Of a stretch of DNA of 60,744 nt, positions 11,601 to 23,324 are shown one piece after another. A program made the position numbers and the translations under genes. The stretch is from Macrostomum lignano (taxonomy: Eukaryota), in NCBI GenBank assembly GCA_002269645.1, contig NIVC01002788.1, positions 1 to 60,744 on the forward strand, read 5' to 3'. The notes below the pieces were generated by a model, which saw only the letters and a list, made by a program, of their open reading frames with translations, was not told the origin of the DNA and did not search any database. Position 1 is the first letter of the stretch. The number at the start of each line of letters is the position of its first letter.

Positions 11601-14600
11601 CGTCGTCGGTTGGCGCGGGGTCGAACTCGCGCAGCACGCGGATCCGAACGCGGCGCGGGGCGGCCCGCAGCGCCTCCACGCAGTCCTCGTGACGCATCCG
11701 GGATACGTCGGTGTCGTTGACGGCCAGCAGGCGGTCGCCCGGGCGGAGAACCCCGTCTGACAGGGCCGGGTCGCGCACGATGCTGCGGATGTAGCAGCCG
11801 CCCGTGGTGTCCTGGCCGCCTGCGACCAGGAAGCCCAGGCCGCCGCCGCTGACCTCGTCCTGCATGAGGATGAATGAGAATGCGCTTGAGTACAGACCAA
11901 CACAGACATTGAGCACTGCAGACCTTGAGCATCACAGACCTTGAGCATCACAGACCTTGAACATCAAGGAAATGAAAAGCCCACAGCTTTAGGCCAGGAC
12001 ACTTTGTACAATTGAAATCAGCACACACCTTGTACAGCACCATCACACACCTTGTACAGCACCATCACACACCTTGTACAGCACCATCACACACCTTGTA
12101 CAGCACCATCACACACCTTGTACAGCACCATCACACACCTTGTACAGCACCATCACACAACTTGTACAGCACCATCACACACCTTGTACAGCACCATCAC
12201 ACACCTTGTACAGCACCATCACACACCTTGTACAACACCAGCACACACCTTGTACAGCACAGTCTCCACCAAGTCAGGCGCCTCCTTGGCGTCGATCTCA
12301 GCCAACCGTCGGGTCATTCGATCGATCAGCGAGTCCTCGTCTATCGACGTAGACAGCCGCAGAGAGTCAGTGGTCGGCGCACCTGCCGCCGACGCCTCCT
12401 CAGTGGGCTCTGGGCTGAGCAGCAGTGGCACCCGGGGGCGTGCGATGTACAACCGCATGGGACTCGGCGCCGACCGCAGCATGGCAACAATGTCGCCGTG
12501 GCTCCGGCCGTACACCGGCTGATCGGCGATCTCCAGCAGCAGGTCGCCCTCCCGCAGCAGCCGCTGCACGGACTCGTGGCTGTGCTCCAGCACGCGCTTC
12601 ACTCGGCCAAAGTGGCGCAGCGTCGAAACTCCGGCAAGGCCGTCGTCAGAAGAGACGCTGTCCCCGGCGCCAGATGTTGAGATGCCGGGATGGTAGCCGC
12701 CTGACACCTGCCCGGTATGATAGATTTCATTAATTTTCTAATCAAAAAGTTTGTGAATAATTCATAAGAAGATGGCCAGATGCCAACTTTTTAAAAGCAA
12801 AGAGCAAAGAATCATTTACTAGTATATAGATAACCATAGGGAAATTATCGATGACGTAATTTGCTATTTTTAGAACGAAACATCCATTCTATTTTTAGCT
12901 ACAAAAAGGTCAATTTCATGATGACGTAAGTTGCTATTTTTAGAACGAAAAAGCTATTCTATTTTTAGCTACAGATGGGTCAATTTTATGATGATGTAAG
13001 TTGCTATTTTTAGTTATAGACCAATCAATAGATGATGACTTATATTGCTAGTTTTAGAAGAAGAAAAACTGCATTTTTCAACCGGCCTAATAAATCAGTA
13101 CCTGAATGCCCACACTGCCACCGTCGGTCTTGTACACCGTAACCGGCAGGCAGTCGCAGTGGCTACTCAGCTGGGGGAAGGCCTCTTCAAGCCGTTTCCG
13201 GCCGGCCAGAACGGAGGCCGAGTCCAGCAGGCTGGAGTCCGGCGAGCCGACGCTGACGCCGACGCCTCCGCTGCCAACGCCGCCGAGGCTGTCACCGCCG
13301 TCTTCCGTTGTTGTCGGACTATCGGGCGGCGGCGGCAGCGCCTCGGGCGGCTGCGAGGACTGGCCGCGCTGCAGGTGGAACACGGAGATCTCCGGGGCGG
13401 ACAGCAGCGTCTCCATGGCAACCTTGTGCGTCACCCGTTCCAAGCTGACGCTGTTCACCCACAGTATTTTGTCGTTGATACGCAATCGGGCGTCCAGATC
13501 GGCGGCGCCGCCTTTGGCGATGGACTTCACGTAGATGGCGCCACCCTCCAGGTTGGTGTTGGTGCCACCCTGCAGATGATTGATGGGGCTTCTATCTAAC
13601 TTCATTGCAAGCCCAACCAGTTAGAATAAGTTTCGCATTCTTTACTTTTTTACTGTACGTCTTATTCTAAGAAAATTGCCACTCACCCAGACGTAAAAGC
13701 CGAAGCTGTCGTCCTTCTTCCTCAGCGTGACCTTGAATCGGTCGCCGGGCAGCAGGTCCCGGACGCCGCCGCTGCTCACTCGGCTGAGCTGAGAAGCTTT
13801 CCTATCCAGCTCCAGCTGGTGCCTGCTCTTCACGATGATCGTGTCCTGCGTGGAGGCCGTGCCCTCCGAGGAGCCTGGCGCAGTATGGGGGTTGGCGGAC
13901 TGTGAAGAGTCACTTAATCACTCATTTACTCATTTACTCACTCACTCATTCACTCTCTCATTCATTCACTCACTCACTCACTTACTCACTCGCTCAATCA
14001 CTGACTCGCTCACTCAATCACTCACTTATTCACTCACTTAATTAGTCAATCACTCACTCACTCACTCACTCACTTGCTCACTCAATCACTCACTCACTCA
14101 CTCACTCACTCACTCACTCACTCACTCACTCACTCACTCACTCACTCACTCACTCACTCACTTACTCGCTCACTCACTCACTCGCTCACTCACACTCACT
14201 CACTCACTCACTCACTCACTCACTTCACTCACTCACTGACTCACTCATTCGCATTCGCTCACTCACCGCCATCATCGTCGCCCGGCCCGGCCACGGCAGG
14301 CGTGACAGTGAAGGTGGGCAGCGTGGGATTGGAGGCCCATCGCCGCCCGCTGCCGCCAGCCCCCGGAGTCAGTTTAGTCGGCGACGCGGAAGTTGCAATC
14401 TGCGGCGGCGGCGGCCGGAGCGGCGGCACCGGCTTCGTGAACGCAAAGCCGACGGCGCCCGCCATCTCCTGGTCCTCGGCGCCACCGGCATCATCCGGTG
14501 ACGTCAGGTCAAAGATGTCGCTGAGGCTGCCCGAGGCCCCCGCGCCGCGGTCGAGCCGTCTGGAGCGGCGCCTACGCTGCGGCGACCGGCGGTCCTGACG

Positions 14601-17600
14601 TCGCCGACGGGCCGACGAAGCCGTGTCGTCGTCTTCAGCCTCAGCCTCGGCGCCGCCGCCGTCGGAGCTGTAGGAGGCGGAGCCGGACGAAACTGTCGGC
14701 GCGCTGCCACCGCCGGCGCCTACGCTGTCCATGTGCAGGCGCGCTAGGCCGGAGCTGTCGGTGGCTGCCGACACCGGGTTGACGTCGTCATCAACATCCT
14801 CGCCGTGCACGAATGTGTCGCTGTTGTCGCCGAGGCGACTCAGCATCGAGCGAACGCGGACGGTCGAGACGGCGGCGTTGGCTGCGCCGGAGGTCGCCTG
14901 GGGCCGGCTGTGCCGCAGTCTCGGCTGAACCGCCACCGAGGAGCTGAGAAAAAGTGAGTGAGTGAGTGAGTGAGTGAGTGAGTGATTTAGTGAGTGAGTG
15001 AGTGATTGAGTGAGTGATTGAGTGAGTGAGTGAGTGAGTGAGTGAGTGAGTGAGTGAGTGAGTGATTGAGTGAGTGAGTGAGTGATTGAGTGAGTGAGTG
15101 AGTGAGTGAGTGAGTGAGTGAGTGAGTGAGTGAGTGAGCGAGCGAGTGAGTGGGTGAGCATCGACAATCATGTTTTTTTTCCGAGTAAGATAAAACTTGC
15201 GAAGCCAACACATTCATCAGAAACTTTATGGGGTTTAAAATGCGATTCAAAAATACCTATTAGTAATGAACTGATATGTTAAGGTATAGATACGATGACT
15301 GTAAGATAGATTTGATTTGATTTGACCACTGTAGCATCTGCAACTCCTTGGCAAGCATTGAAGCTTCACTAAAAAGCACTGGAAGCTTCCCCTAGTAACA
15401 CCGATGCTACCTTAGCAACCGGTAACCAATCAAAAAGCCGCAAACCTGGCTCTAGCAGGTCCAGAAGCCACCATTCGCTGCTGCTGCCCCTGCCCAGTAC
15501 CGCCGCCTCCGCTGCTCAGAGTCTGCGAAGCCCAGCGCTGCACGCCGCCGGTCGCGGACTCGGACAGCTCCGGCCAAGAGGCGCTCATCCGGCCGGACCA
15601 GTCGTGCAGCTGGCTGCACAGCGCCGCCAGATACTTGCCGAGTTTGGCGCCGCTCAGCTGGAAGTTCAGCCGGCCCAACTCGCGGCCGTTGACGCGCAGC
15701 GAAGTTGTGGAAGCTACGACTAGCTTGGCGCCTTTGAAGGACACCTTCTCGGCGTCCTGCCAGGCCAGGCGGTGCAGCGGCGGCGACACCGGCTGGCGGC
15801 GGCGGCTGCCCGAGTCCCCAGCCGCCCTGGCCACCAGGAGGCCGCGCAGCGACACTCCGAGCAGCAGGGGGGCTGCAGGCTCCGTGGCGGAGGCGGCGCC
15901 GGCCATGGCGAACAAATGGAATCCGTAATGAGGCAGCGCCATCGCGGCCATGCAGAATTGGCGACCGCTGAGCGCGCGCGACGAAGCGTTGAACGTCGAG
16001 ACGCGACGCCATTCGTTGACGAGTTTTGCTGAGAGATCCGCCTGCTGCTGCTGCTCGAGCAGTGACTTCGGCATGTACTGCTCAAGTCTGGTGGTTATTT
16101 TAGGTACATGCAGGCTTACCGACTGATGGTTACGTCAGTTAACTAGCTTACCAACTAATGATGACGTAAAAGGATTTAGTTAGAAGCTAGCTAACTCACG
16201 GAAGATGACGTAGGTGGCTATTTTTAGAAACTAGCTTATAAACTGATAATGACGTAAGTGGCTATTTTTAGAAACTAGCTTATTAACTGGTGATGACGTA
16301 AGTGGCTATTTTTAGAAACTAGCTCATAAACTGGTAATGACGTAAGTGGCTATTTTTAGAAACTAGCTCATAAACTGGTAATGACGTAAGTGGCTATTTT
16401 TAGAAACTAGCTTATTAACTCGTGATGACGTAAGTGGCTATTTTTAGAAACTAGCTTATAAACTGGTAATGACGTAAGTGGCTATTTTTAGAAACTAGCT
16501 TATTAACTGGTGATGACGTGGGCGGCTACTTTTAGAAACTTGATTAACAAAAACAACGCCTTCAAAACTTACTTGAAGGGGGGAGCGGCCGTGCCGTCTT
16601 CTGCCGCTGACGGCGCAGGGGCCGCGCCCAGCTCCTGGTGCAGCGCCAGGCCGGCCAGCTGGATTGCGGCCGCCTCTTCAGCTGGCAGCGTCGCATCAAG
16701 CAGGGCTCGACGAAGCAGCAGGTAGAGCAGACGGCGGGAGCCGGCGCTGTTTGTGCGGGCGGGAGGGTGGGCTGCTGTGACTTCTGAGTTAGCGAATTGA
16801 GGCTGTAAGCGAAATATCATTTGTCACTCTTGAGCCTTTCATTTTGTCACTCTCCTTTCACTCTCAATCTCAAGTCTTAGAGCTTGCCTTAGTAACCCTT
16901 GAAGATGCCCCTAGCGACCCTTTGATCTTCACTTAGCAACCCTTTGAGCATTCCCTAGTAACCATTTGATCTTCACTTAGCAACCCTTTGAGCATTCCCT
17001 AGCAACCATTTGATCGTCAAGCAACCATTTGATCGTCAAGCAACCCTTTGAGCATTCCCTAGCAACTCTTTGAGCATTCCCTAGCAACCATTTGATCTTC
17101 CCTTAGGAACCCTTGGAGCATGCCCTAGCAACCATTGGATCTTCACTTAGCAACCCTTGGAGCTTCCCTTAGCAACCCTGGGGGCATTCCCTAGCAACCA
17201 TTGGATCTTGATCACTTAGCAACCCTTAAAGCATGCCCTAGCAACCATTTGATCTTCCCTTAGCATCCTTGGAGCTTCCCCTAGCAACCTTTTCATCTTC
17301 CCTTAGCACCCTTAGAGCATGCCCTAGCAACCGTTTATATTCCCTTAGCAACCCTTGGAGCATGCCAAAACAAATTTAATTGTCTTCACCCTTTGTCATA
17401 TGCAATTGCAGCTTATCACACTCTTCCTTTTTCACTCAAAACGATTCAACGAGCTGCCGGTCACTCACGGCACCAAATCGACGCTCTCAGGATAAAATTT
17501 GAGTCGCAGCGTGAGCTGCAGCAGGGTGCCACCGCGGCCGCCGCCTCCTTCGCCGCCGCCACCGGCCCCACCGCCAGATCTTTTCAAAGAGGCGGAGCGC

Positions 17601-20600
17601 GAGGACACGCTGAGCCAGTCTTTGGGCGCCTGTTTGGCCATGCGGACGTTCTCCAATATGAATCGGTTTTCGCCGTCTAAAATAAAAAAATATGTCAATA
17701 TTCGCATATTCGAGTTTGCTACTATTAGTAATAGAAATAAGATAAACGTTTTTTTGACATCTATCAGCCACTATCGTCCTCACCAACTAGCATGGTCAGT
17801 CCCAGCAGGTGGTCGATGCCGGAATTGACGTAGTCAAACACGCAGCGGATGAGCTCGCGGCCCAGAGTGTTGGCCGAGCAGGTCAGGGCGAGCCTCTCGC
17901 CAGTCGGTAGGTGAACTCTGACCTCCCTGTTCAGTTTGTTCTGATCTCGCTGTTAAGCAGATCCCAAGTTAAGCAGAGTTAATAGTGGTTAGTACACAAC
18001 TAAATGCCTTTTTTCGTCCATTAAGGAAACAGTCATAATCAATTCTACTTCTCAAACTCACCGACAATCGCAACGGAGATTTCGACGAACTCCCTGCCAC
18101 AGTGGCCGATGACGTCGATAGGGCGACAGGTGTCGGCGCGTTGCCCTGGTGGGCTGTAAATTTAGCGCCTGTGAACTCGTCGTCAAAGCCGCCGATATCC
18201 TCAGTGTCGGCCTCCAAATGGAGCAGCGAAGTGTCATCGATTGCATCGTCGTTGACGTTGAAAGCCGTGGCAGCGGCGACCGCCCCGGTGTCGACAGTCA
18301 CTGCCGCCTGCGGCTGCTGCTGTTGCTGCTGCTGTAGCGGCGGTGCCGACATCGGCAGTGTCGGCAGTCTGCGCCGCGCGCTCGGCGAAGATTTCGGCGA
18401 CGATGACGGTAGCGGCGGAGTGGGCAGCTTAGCGGGCTGCGACGAAGGCTCCGCAGCTGGGATCGGCGGTGTAAAGGCAGCCAGATCGGCGCCGGTGTCG
18501 GTGCCGACGTCCAGGGTTTGCTTCGGCGACGATTCGAGCACCAGCGGCTCGGTGGCTTCGTCGACTGTTGCGCATCTGCATGGCATAGCATTTTTTAAAT
18601 TTAGTCTTACAAATATGAACAAAAAATGCCTATTTGCCTACTTGTTTAATAAGTAGCTAAAAAGTCAAATTACTAAGAGTATTCACCTAGCCGTGACGAC
18701 CAGAGCTTCAACGGCTTGGTCTGGAATCGTTGATAGACTTGGCATATTTAGTAGACCGGAACCGCTGCTTTCCAGGGCAACTGTAGATGCGTTCAACTCG
18801 CACTGAACAGAACTGTCTGTGACTTCGGGATTCATAGGATCAGCCTTTGACTGACCGCTGCCGGCATCATCCAGCGGCATATGCGTCGGCGGTTTTGATG
18901 CTCTCGACTGTGCGTTAACTCCATAGTCTATTGAAATTCTGTAGCTGAAAAAATATTCAGCGTAAAAATAGGTAAATAGTTGGTTTGCGATTGTCATCTA
19001 CTTATAGTAGACATATTGAACATTCTTTTAACAATCGTACGAATCATGTAATAATAAATTACATCGAACTTCATTTTTTGTATCTTTGCTCACCATAGGC
19101 CACCAACTCCAGCAATTGCTCCATCAGCGAGCGCACAAGCGTAATCATACATTGTCATGAGCTGCCCATCATCCCTATTGGTCATATTGGTCTGGGACTT
19201 GTCCGGGACGTACAGTTTGTGATCAGCGATGGACACGAGTAGGTCGGCGTAGTTTGGCAAAGGACTTAGATAAGGAAAAGGAAGAAAGAAGAAAAATTAC
19301 AAGTAAATGAATTTTTACGCTATTCACGTTTTATTCTTTTTTGGCTTTGGTTGATGGCTGTGCAAACAAACAGCTTTGTTAAGTTTTTTACGCAACATAT
19401 CGGCGTCATTAAATATGAATAAAACATCAAGTTCGGCGTATTTTTCACAGAGGGGAACGAAATACGTTTGGAAAAAAATTAAAGTAAAAAAGCTTGCGTT
19501 GCTCTTGTGCGCAAAAAGGAGCTGAAGCAGCCAGGTCCCACCGAGATTCGAACTCGGGTCGCTGGATTCAAAGTCCAGAGTGCTAACCACTACACCATGG
19601 GACCTTAAACGAGCCGAAAAGACTGGAGTCTATTTAAACCCATGACGGTAGAGCAAATGAATGAGTCCCTTATAATAGCTATTCATTACTGCTCATCGAG
19701 CTCGTATTTCTACCTATTATTCTAACAATATAATCTTCTTCGACCTTCAACGAGTTCAGGATAGGGGTTAACTAAACATAATTAGATATGAATTATTCAT
19801 TTTATAATTTTCTGTTTTTTTAGTTTGTTTAGAATACGTAAACCGTAAACGTACGTTGTGTTGAAGCTACTAAAACCGTAGCTTAACGTATGAAAGATGA
19901 AGAATCATCAGTGTTGGGCAAGTTACTCAAAAAAAGTAACTTGCGTTACTGTAACTTAAGTTACCACTTTTTAAAAAGTAACTTACGTTAGCCTAGTAAC
20001 TTTGAACAAAAACCCGGTAACTTTTAAGTTACTTCCGTTACTTACTTCCGTTACCTATGTTATAAACAAAATTTTCTGCTTTTTTAACATTGCAAATGTG
20101 CTGGAACAGCACAAATGATCGCGAAAGCCAGAAGGAAAAATACAACAAAATTAATTTCAGTAACTGTATTAAATTTTAATCACTTTAGGCCCTTTCCGTA
20201 AAAAGAAGAGAAGCTGAAGGTCAGAAACGTTAAAGGCAAAACGCAATTTAATTTTTAATAACATTATAAGTTATAATACACAAGGACAACTTAACGTAAC
20301 TTCAGTTGTCCTTGATAATACATCGCTCGTAATAAGTACCTGGCTTTACTCCACTCTACAGTCTGCTTTACTAGTCTTTTTATTTTCAATTATTTGAAAT
20401 TTTTTCAATTTTTTCAATTATTTTTCAATTCATTAATATTAAATTATTGTGCAGTGCAGTGCAGTGCCAGTGGACTTTAGTGGTGTAGCCAGGGAGGCCG
20501 CCTTAACAATCGTTGGGGCGGCAACTTCACCCCACCTGCAAGACACCCCACCAGGGGGGGGTGGGGTTGGGCGTGGCGGGTGCATGAGGCATGGCCAGCC

Positions 20601-23219
20601 AGGCCAACCCGCCCCCCCCCAATTAAAATTCCTGGCTACGTCGATCACTGAGTGGATTTGTGGAGACTACAGATGAATTTCTTTCTTTGGTTGTTTGTTT
20701 CTAAGAACTAAACAAAATATTTTTATTAACTTAAAAACGAAAAGCAAAAATATTTTACCGAAAATAACAAAGTAAAAACATGTTTCAAGTATTTCTTTAT
20801 TAATTACAGCGTAATACCGTATGATATTATTCACTTAGTTTTGAATTTAAGAATGAAAAATGCTAAAAATGTGACAACTGGCGTAATAGCTAAGCATATC
20901 AGTTTTAAATTTAAATATTGCGATTGTTGCAAAGTAACTGTAACGGACTTCCGAAATTTGAGTAACTTACCGTTACTCCGTTACCAAAATAGGAAAGTAA
21001 CTTGCGTAAGGAACGCTTTACGAAAAAGTAACTTGCGTTACCATTTACAAGTTACTCGGTAACGGAAGTGCCCAACACTGAGAATCATTAACTAAAATAT
21101 GCTATAATAGGCCCGTCTCGATGGTTCATTGGTTCTTGATTAGCTGAAGCAGACGTAATTAGGTCTTCACCAATAAATGATAAAAAAACAACACTACTTC
21201 TAATCTTTTGTAAGTAGACACTGAGGACATGGCTGCTCAAAAAATATGTTGACATACTACAATATAAAAAATTACCCCTCATATGGGTCCAAACGCTTGG
21301 CGATAAAACCGGGATCGCCATTTTGATGACGCGTATCCATGGCAACTGAGGCGAATAGCGTCGACAAGGTTGGACCACAGATTTGCTGCAGATGCGGCTT
21401 GAAGTCTAAACAGGACTGAAATGTTTGTTTATTAGATAAGCTAAATAGGAAGTCCTTTGACATCACTTTCATATTGCAAATGGGTGACTTACATTGATGA
21501 AGAACTCGGCATCAAGCAGTTGGCGATTTTCAATTTCAGAGCACAGAGAAGCAATTAAAGTGTCAAGTTCGTCACTTGGAGCCTGCGACTGGGCAGAGTG
21601 GGAGAAGCATGCGGTGTAATGTGGGTTGATAGCAGGTGAGGGTATGTCTAACAGGTAAGTTACAGATTGGCGCCTATCTAACAGGTAAGTTACAGATTGG
21701 CGCCTATCTAACAAGTACGTAACATATTGGCGCCTATCTAACAGGATAGTAACAGATTGGCGCCTATCTAACAGGATAGTAACAGATTGGTGCCTATCTA
21801 ACAGGTTAGTAACAGATTGGCGCCTATCTAACAGCTAAGTAACAGATTGGCGCCTATCTAACAGGATAGTAACAGATTTGCGCCTATCTAACAGCTAAGT
21901 TACAGATTGGCGCCTATCTAACAGGTAAGTTACAGATTGGCGCCTATCTAACAGGTAAGTTACAGATTGGCGCCTATCTAACAAGTAAGTAACAGATTGG
22001 CACCTGTCTAACAGGTAAGTTACAGATTGGCGCCTATCTAACAAGTAAGTAACAGATTGGCACCTGTCTAACAGGTAAGTAACAGATTGGCGCCTATCTA
22101 ACAGGTAAGTTACAGATTGGCGCCTATCTAACAGCGGGGCTGCTCACCGCGGAAACGGCCTTCACAGCAGACAGCGTCACGCCCAGCGAGAACAGCAGCA
22201 CCAGCTCCAGGCTACGGCCGGCTGCTGACTCGCCCGAAAGCGCGGCATTCAACAGGCGGCGAAGCTCGGCCAGCGAAGGCACCTCCGGCGGCAGGTAGTC
22301 CTCCAGCTCAGGGTCGTCCGCCGAGCCGGACAGCCAGGCTCGCTCGGACAGACTGGCCGATGGCCGGTTGGAGAACTGCACCAGGCCTGAGCTGGTCAGC
22401 TCGCAGCTGTCAGGGGTGATCAGCTGGCAGCGGGGGCCTCTGGGGCTGGCTGGAGTGGTTAAGTTGGATTCTTGATTGGGCTGGGGGACTCGCTAGTTGG
22501 GTTGACTGGGAGCTGAGGGACTCGCCAGTTGGGTTGACTGGGAGCTGAGGGACTCGCCAGTTGGGTTGACTGGGAGCTGAGGGACTCGCCAGTTGGGGTG
22601 ACTGGGAGCTGAGGGACTCGCCAGTTGGGTTGACTGGGAGCTGAGGGACTCGCCAGTTGGGTTGACTGGGAGCTGAGGGACTCGCCAGTTGGGTTGACTG
22701 GGAGCTGAGGGACTCGCCAGTTGGGTTGACTGGGAGCTGAGGGACTCGCCAGTTGGGGTGACTGGGAGCTGGGGGACTCGCTAGTTGGGTTGACTGGGAG
22801 CTGAGGGACTCGCCAGTTGGGGTGGCTGGCTTGAGGCTGAGGGACTCGCCAGTTGGGTTGACTGGGAGCTGAGGGACTCGCCAGTTGGGTTGACTGGGAG
22901 CTGAGGGACTCGCCAGTTGGGGTGACTGGGAGCTGAGGGACTCGCCAGTTGGGAGCTGAGGGACTCGCCAGTTGGGAGGCAGAGGGACTCGCCAGTTGGG
23001 AGGCTGAGGGACTCGCCAGTTGGGAGGCTGAGGGGCTCGATGCGCTACAAATGTCACAGCACAGCATTCACATATGCACACAAAAGCCTTACATTTAATG
23101 ACCGGTTGCAGAGCGCAGCAGGAGCCATAGAGCAGGCACCAGAGCTCGTCCTCAGTGACGTCATTGGCCTTGTACTTTAGCAAGTCGTTCAAACTGATCG
23201 ACTGGGCAGATGACGTCAT
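5693..23219 (-). CDS. PTPN13: PTPN13/FRMPD2-family protein: KIND, FERM, four PDZ domains and a degenerate PTP domain (about 21 coding exons)
   Basis: Exons read by eye: 23219-23093, 22449-22148, 21588-21493, 21415-21276, 19264-19094, 18944-18687, 18575-18062, 17949-17784, 17676-17469, 16746-16573, 16087-15446, 14943-14267, ~13874-13687, 13569-13102, 12707-12249, 11859-11477, 11220-10977, 10778-10642, 10025-9314, 9021-8576, 5833-5693. Motifs: KIND (SLNDLLKYKANDVTEDELWCLL), FERM (KFYPESVD, LPHYGFHLF), PDZ (FGFYVWGG...AIYVKSIAKGGAADLDARLRINDKIL; GLGFLVAGG), PTP-like (REFWRRV, NLWP, SLEQYRLLY). Splice phases are consistent except for one frameshift near 10722 and an ambiguous acceptor near 13874/13898. 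Confidence 0.9.
7680..8420. repeat. 46-bp intronic minisatellite, ~16 copies
   Basis: Unit GAGGTAGCTGCAGAACGGAGGGTCCGGATTGGATAGGACAGGGTGT; the ORF translations show a 46-aa period. Confidence 0.95.
9075..9230. repeat. 22-bp intronic minisatellite, ~7 decaying copies
   Basis: Unit GATACGGAGTGACAGATGCTAA. Confidence 0.85.
10062..10380. repeat. 22-bp intronic minisatellite, ~14 copies
   Basis: Unit GGGATGTGGATTGGGAACCTTT near the acceptor at 10026. Confidence 0.95.
10820..10975. repeat. Irregular C-rich intronic repeat
   Basis: CCGTCCGCCTACC and CCACCATCCGCCCA blocks abutting the donor at 10976. Confidence 0.7.
11235..11430. repeat. Irregular G-rich intronic repeat
   Basis: GGGGTGGTGGG(TG/GT)AATT-like blocks. 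Confidence 0.7.
12025..12260 (-). repeat. 22-bp minisatellite spanning the splice donor at 12249/12248, ~10 copies
   Basis: Minus-strand unit GTGTGTGATGGTGCTGTACAAG = first intron bases plus a copy of the last 12 exon bases. Confidence 0.95.
12850..13010. repeat. Degenerate ~70-bp repeat related to the 16.2-16.5 kb array
   Basis: Three blocks of ATGA(C/T)GTAA(G/T)TTGCTATTTTTAG. Confidence 0.75.
13915..14262. repeat. (CACT)n microsatellite; reads (GTGA)n on the transcript and starts at the splice donor
   Basis: Direct reading of the sequence. Confidence 0.95.
14954..15150. repeat. (GAGT)n microsatellite; reads (CTCA)n on the transcript and ends just before the acceptor
   Basis: Direct reading; inverted relative to 13915-14262. 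Confidence 0.95.
16155..16545. repeat. 44-bp intronic minisatellite, ~9 copies, with an ATGACGTAA core
   Basis: Unit TGATGACGTAAGTGGCTATTTTTAGAAACTAGCTTATTAACTGG. Confidence 0.95.
16880..17365. repeat. ~22/44-bp irregular minisatellite with a (CC)TAGCAACC core
   Basis: About 20 TAGCAAC(C) cores separated by variable spacers. Confidence 0.9.
19533..19604 (-). tRNA. tRNA-Gln-TTG: tRNA-Gln (anticodon TTG), intronic and co-oriented with the host gene
   Basis: GGTCCCATGGTGTAGTGGTTAGCACTCTGGACTTTGAATCCAGCGACCCGAGTTCGAATCTCGGTGGGACCT: 72 nt cloverleaf with A box, B box (GTTCGAATC) and a T5 terminator about 15 nt downstream. Confidence 0.97.
19909..21080. mobile_element. Non-autonomous hAT-type DNA transposon (1172 bp)
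   Basis: TIRs CAGTGTTGGGCA...TGCCCAACACTG; exact 8-bp TSD AGAATCAT at 19901-19908 and 21081-21088; subterminal GTAAC/GTTAC repeats; no transposase ORF. Confidence 0.93.
20478..20650. mobile_element. Small MITE nested inside the hAT element
   Basis: Ends TAGTGGTGTAGCCAGG and CCTGGCTACGTCGATCACTG; flanks AGTGGACTT and AGTGGATTT (TSD with one mismatch); GC-rich against AT-rich surroundings. Confidence 0.6.
21645..22133. repeat. 30-bp intronic minisatellite, 16 copies
   Basis: Unit CTATCTAACAGGTAAGTTACAGATTGGCGC; begins about 15 nt after the donor at 22147. Confidence 0.95.
22490..23035. repeat. 32-bp intronic minisatellite shortening to 22-23-bp units
   Basis: Unit GACTGGGAGCTGAGGGACTCGCCAGTTGGGTT. 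Confidence 0.95.
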
Positions 23220-23324
23220 GCTGCCGAATGTTTTATAGCGCGTCCCTCCGCAGGTTTTACGCAGCTGGAGTGCAATTGGGACAAATAGGGACAGATGAAG
23301 GCATGTGCCATAGACCCTGACCCC

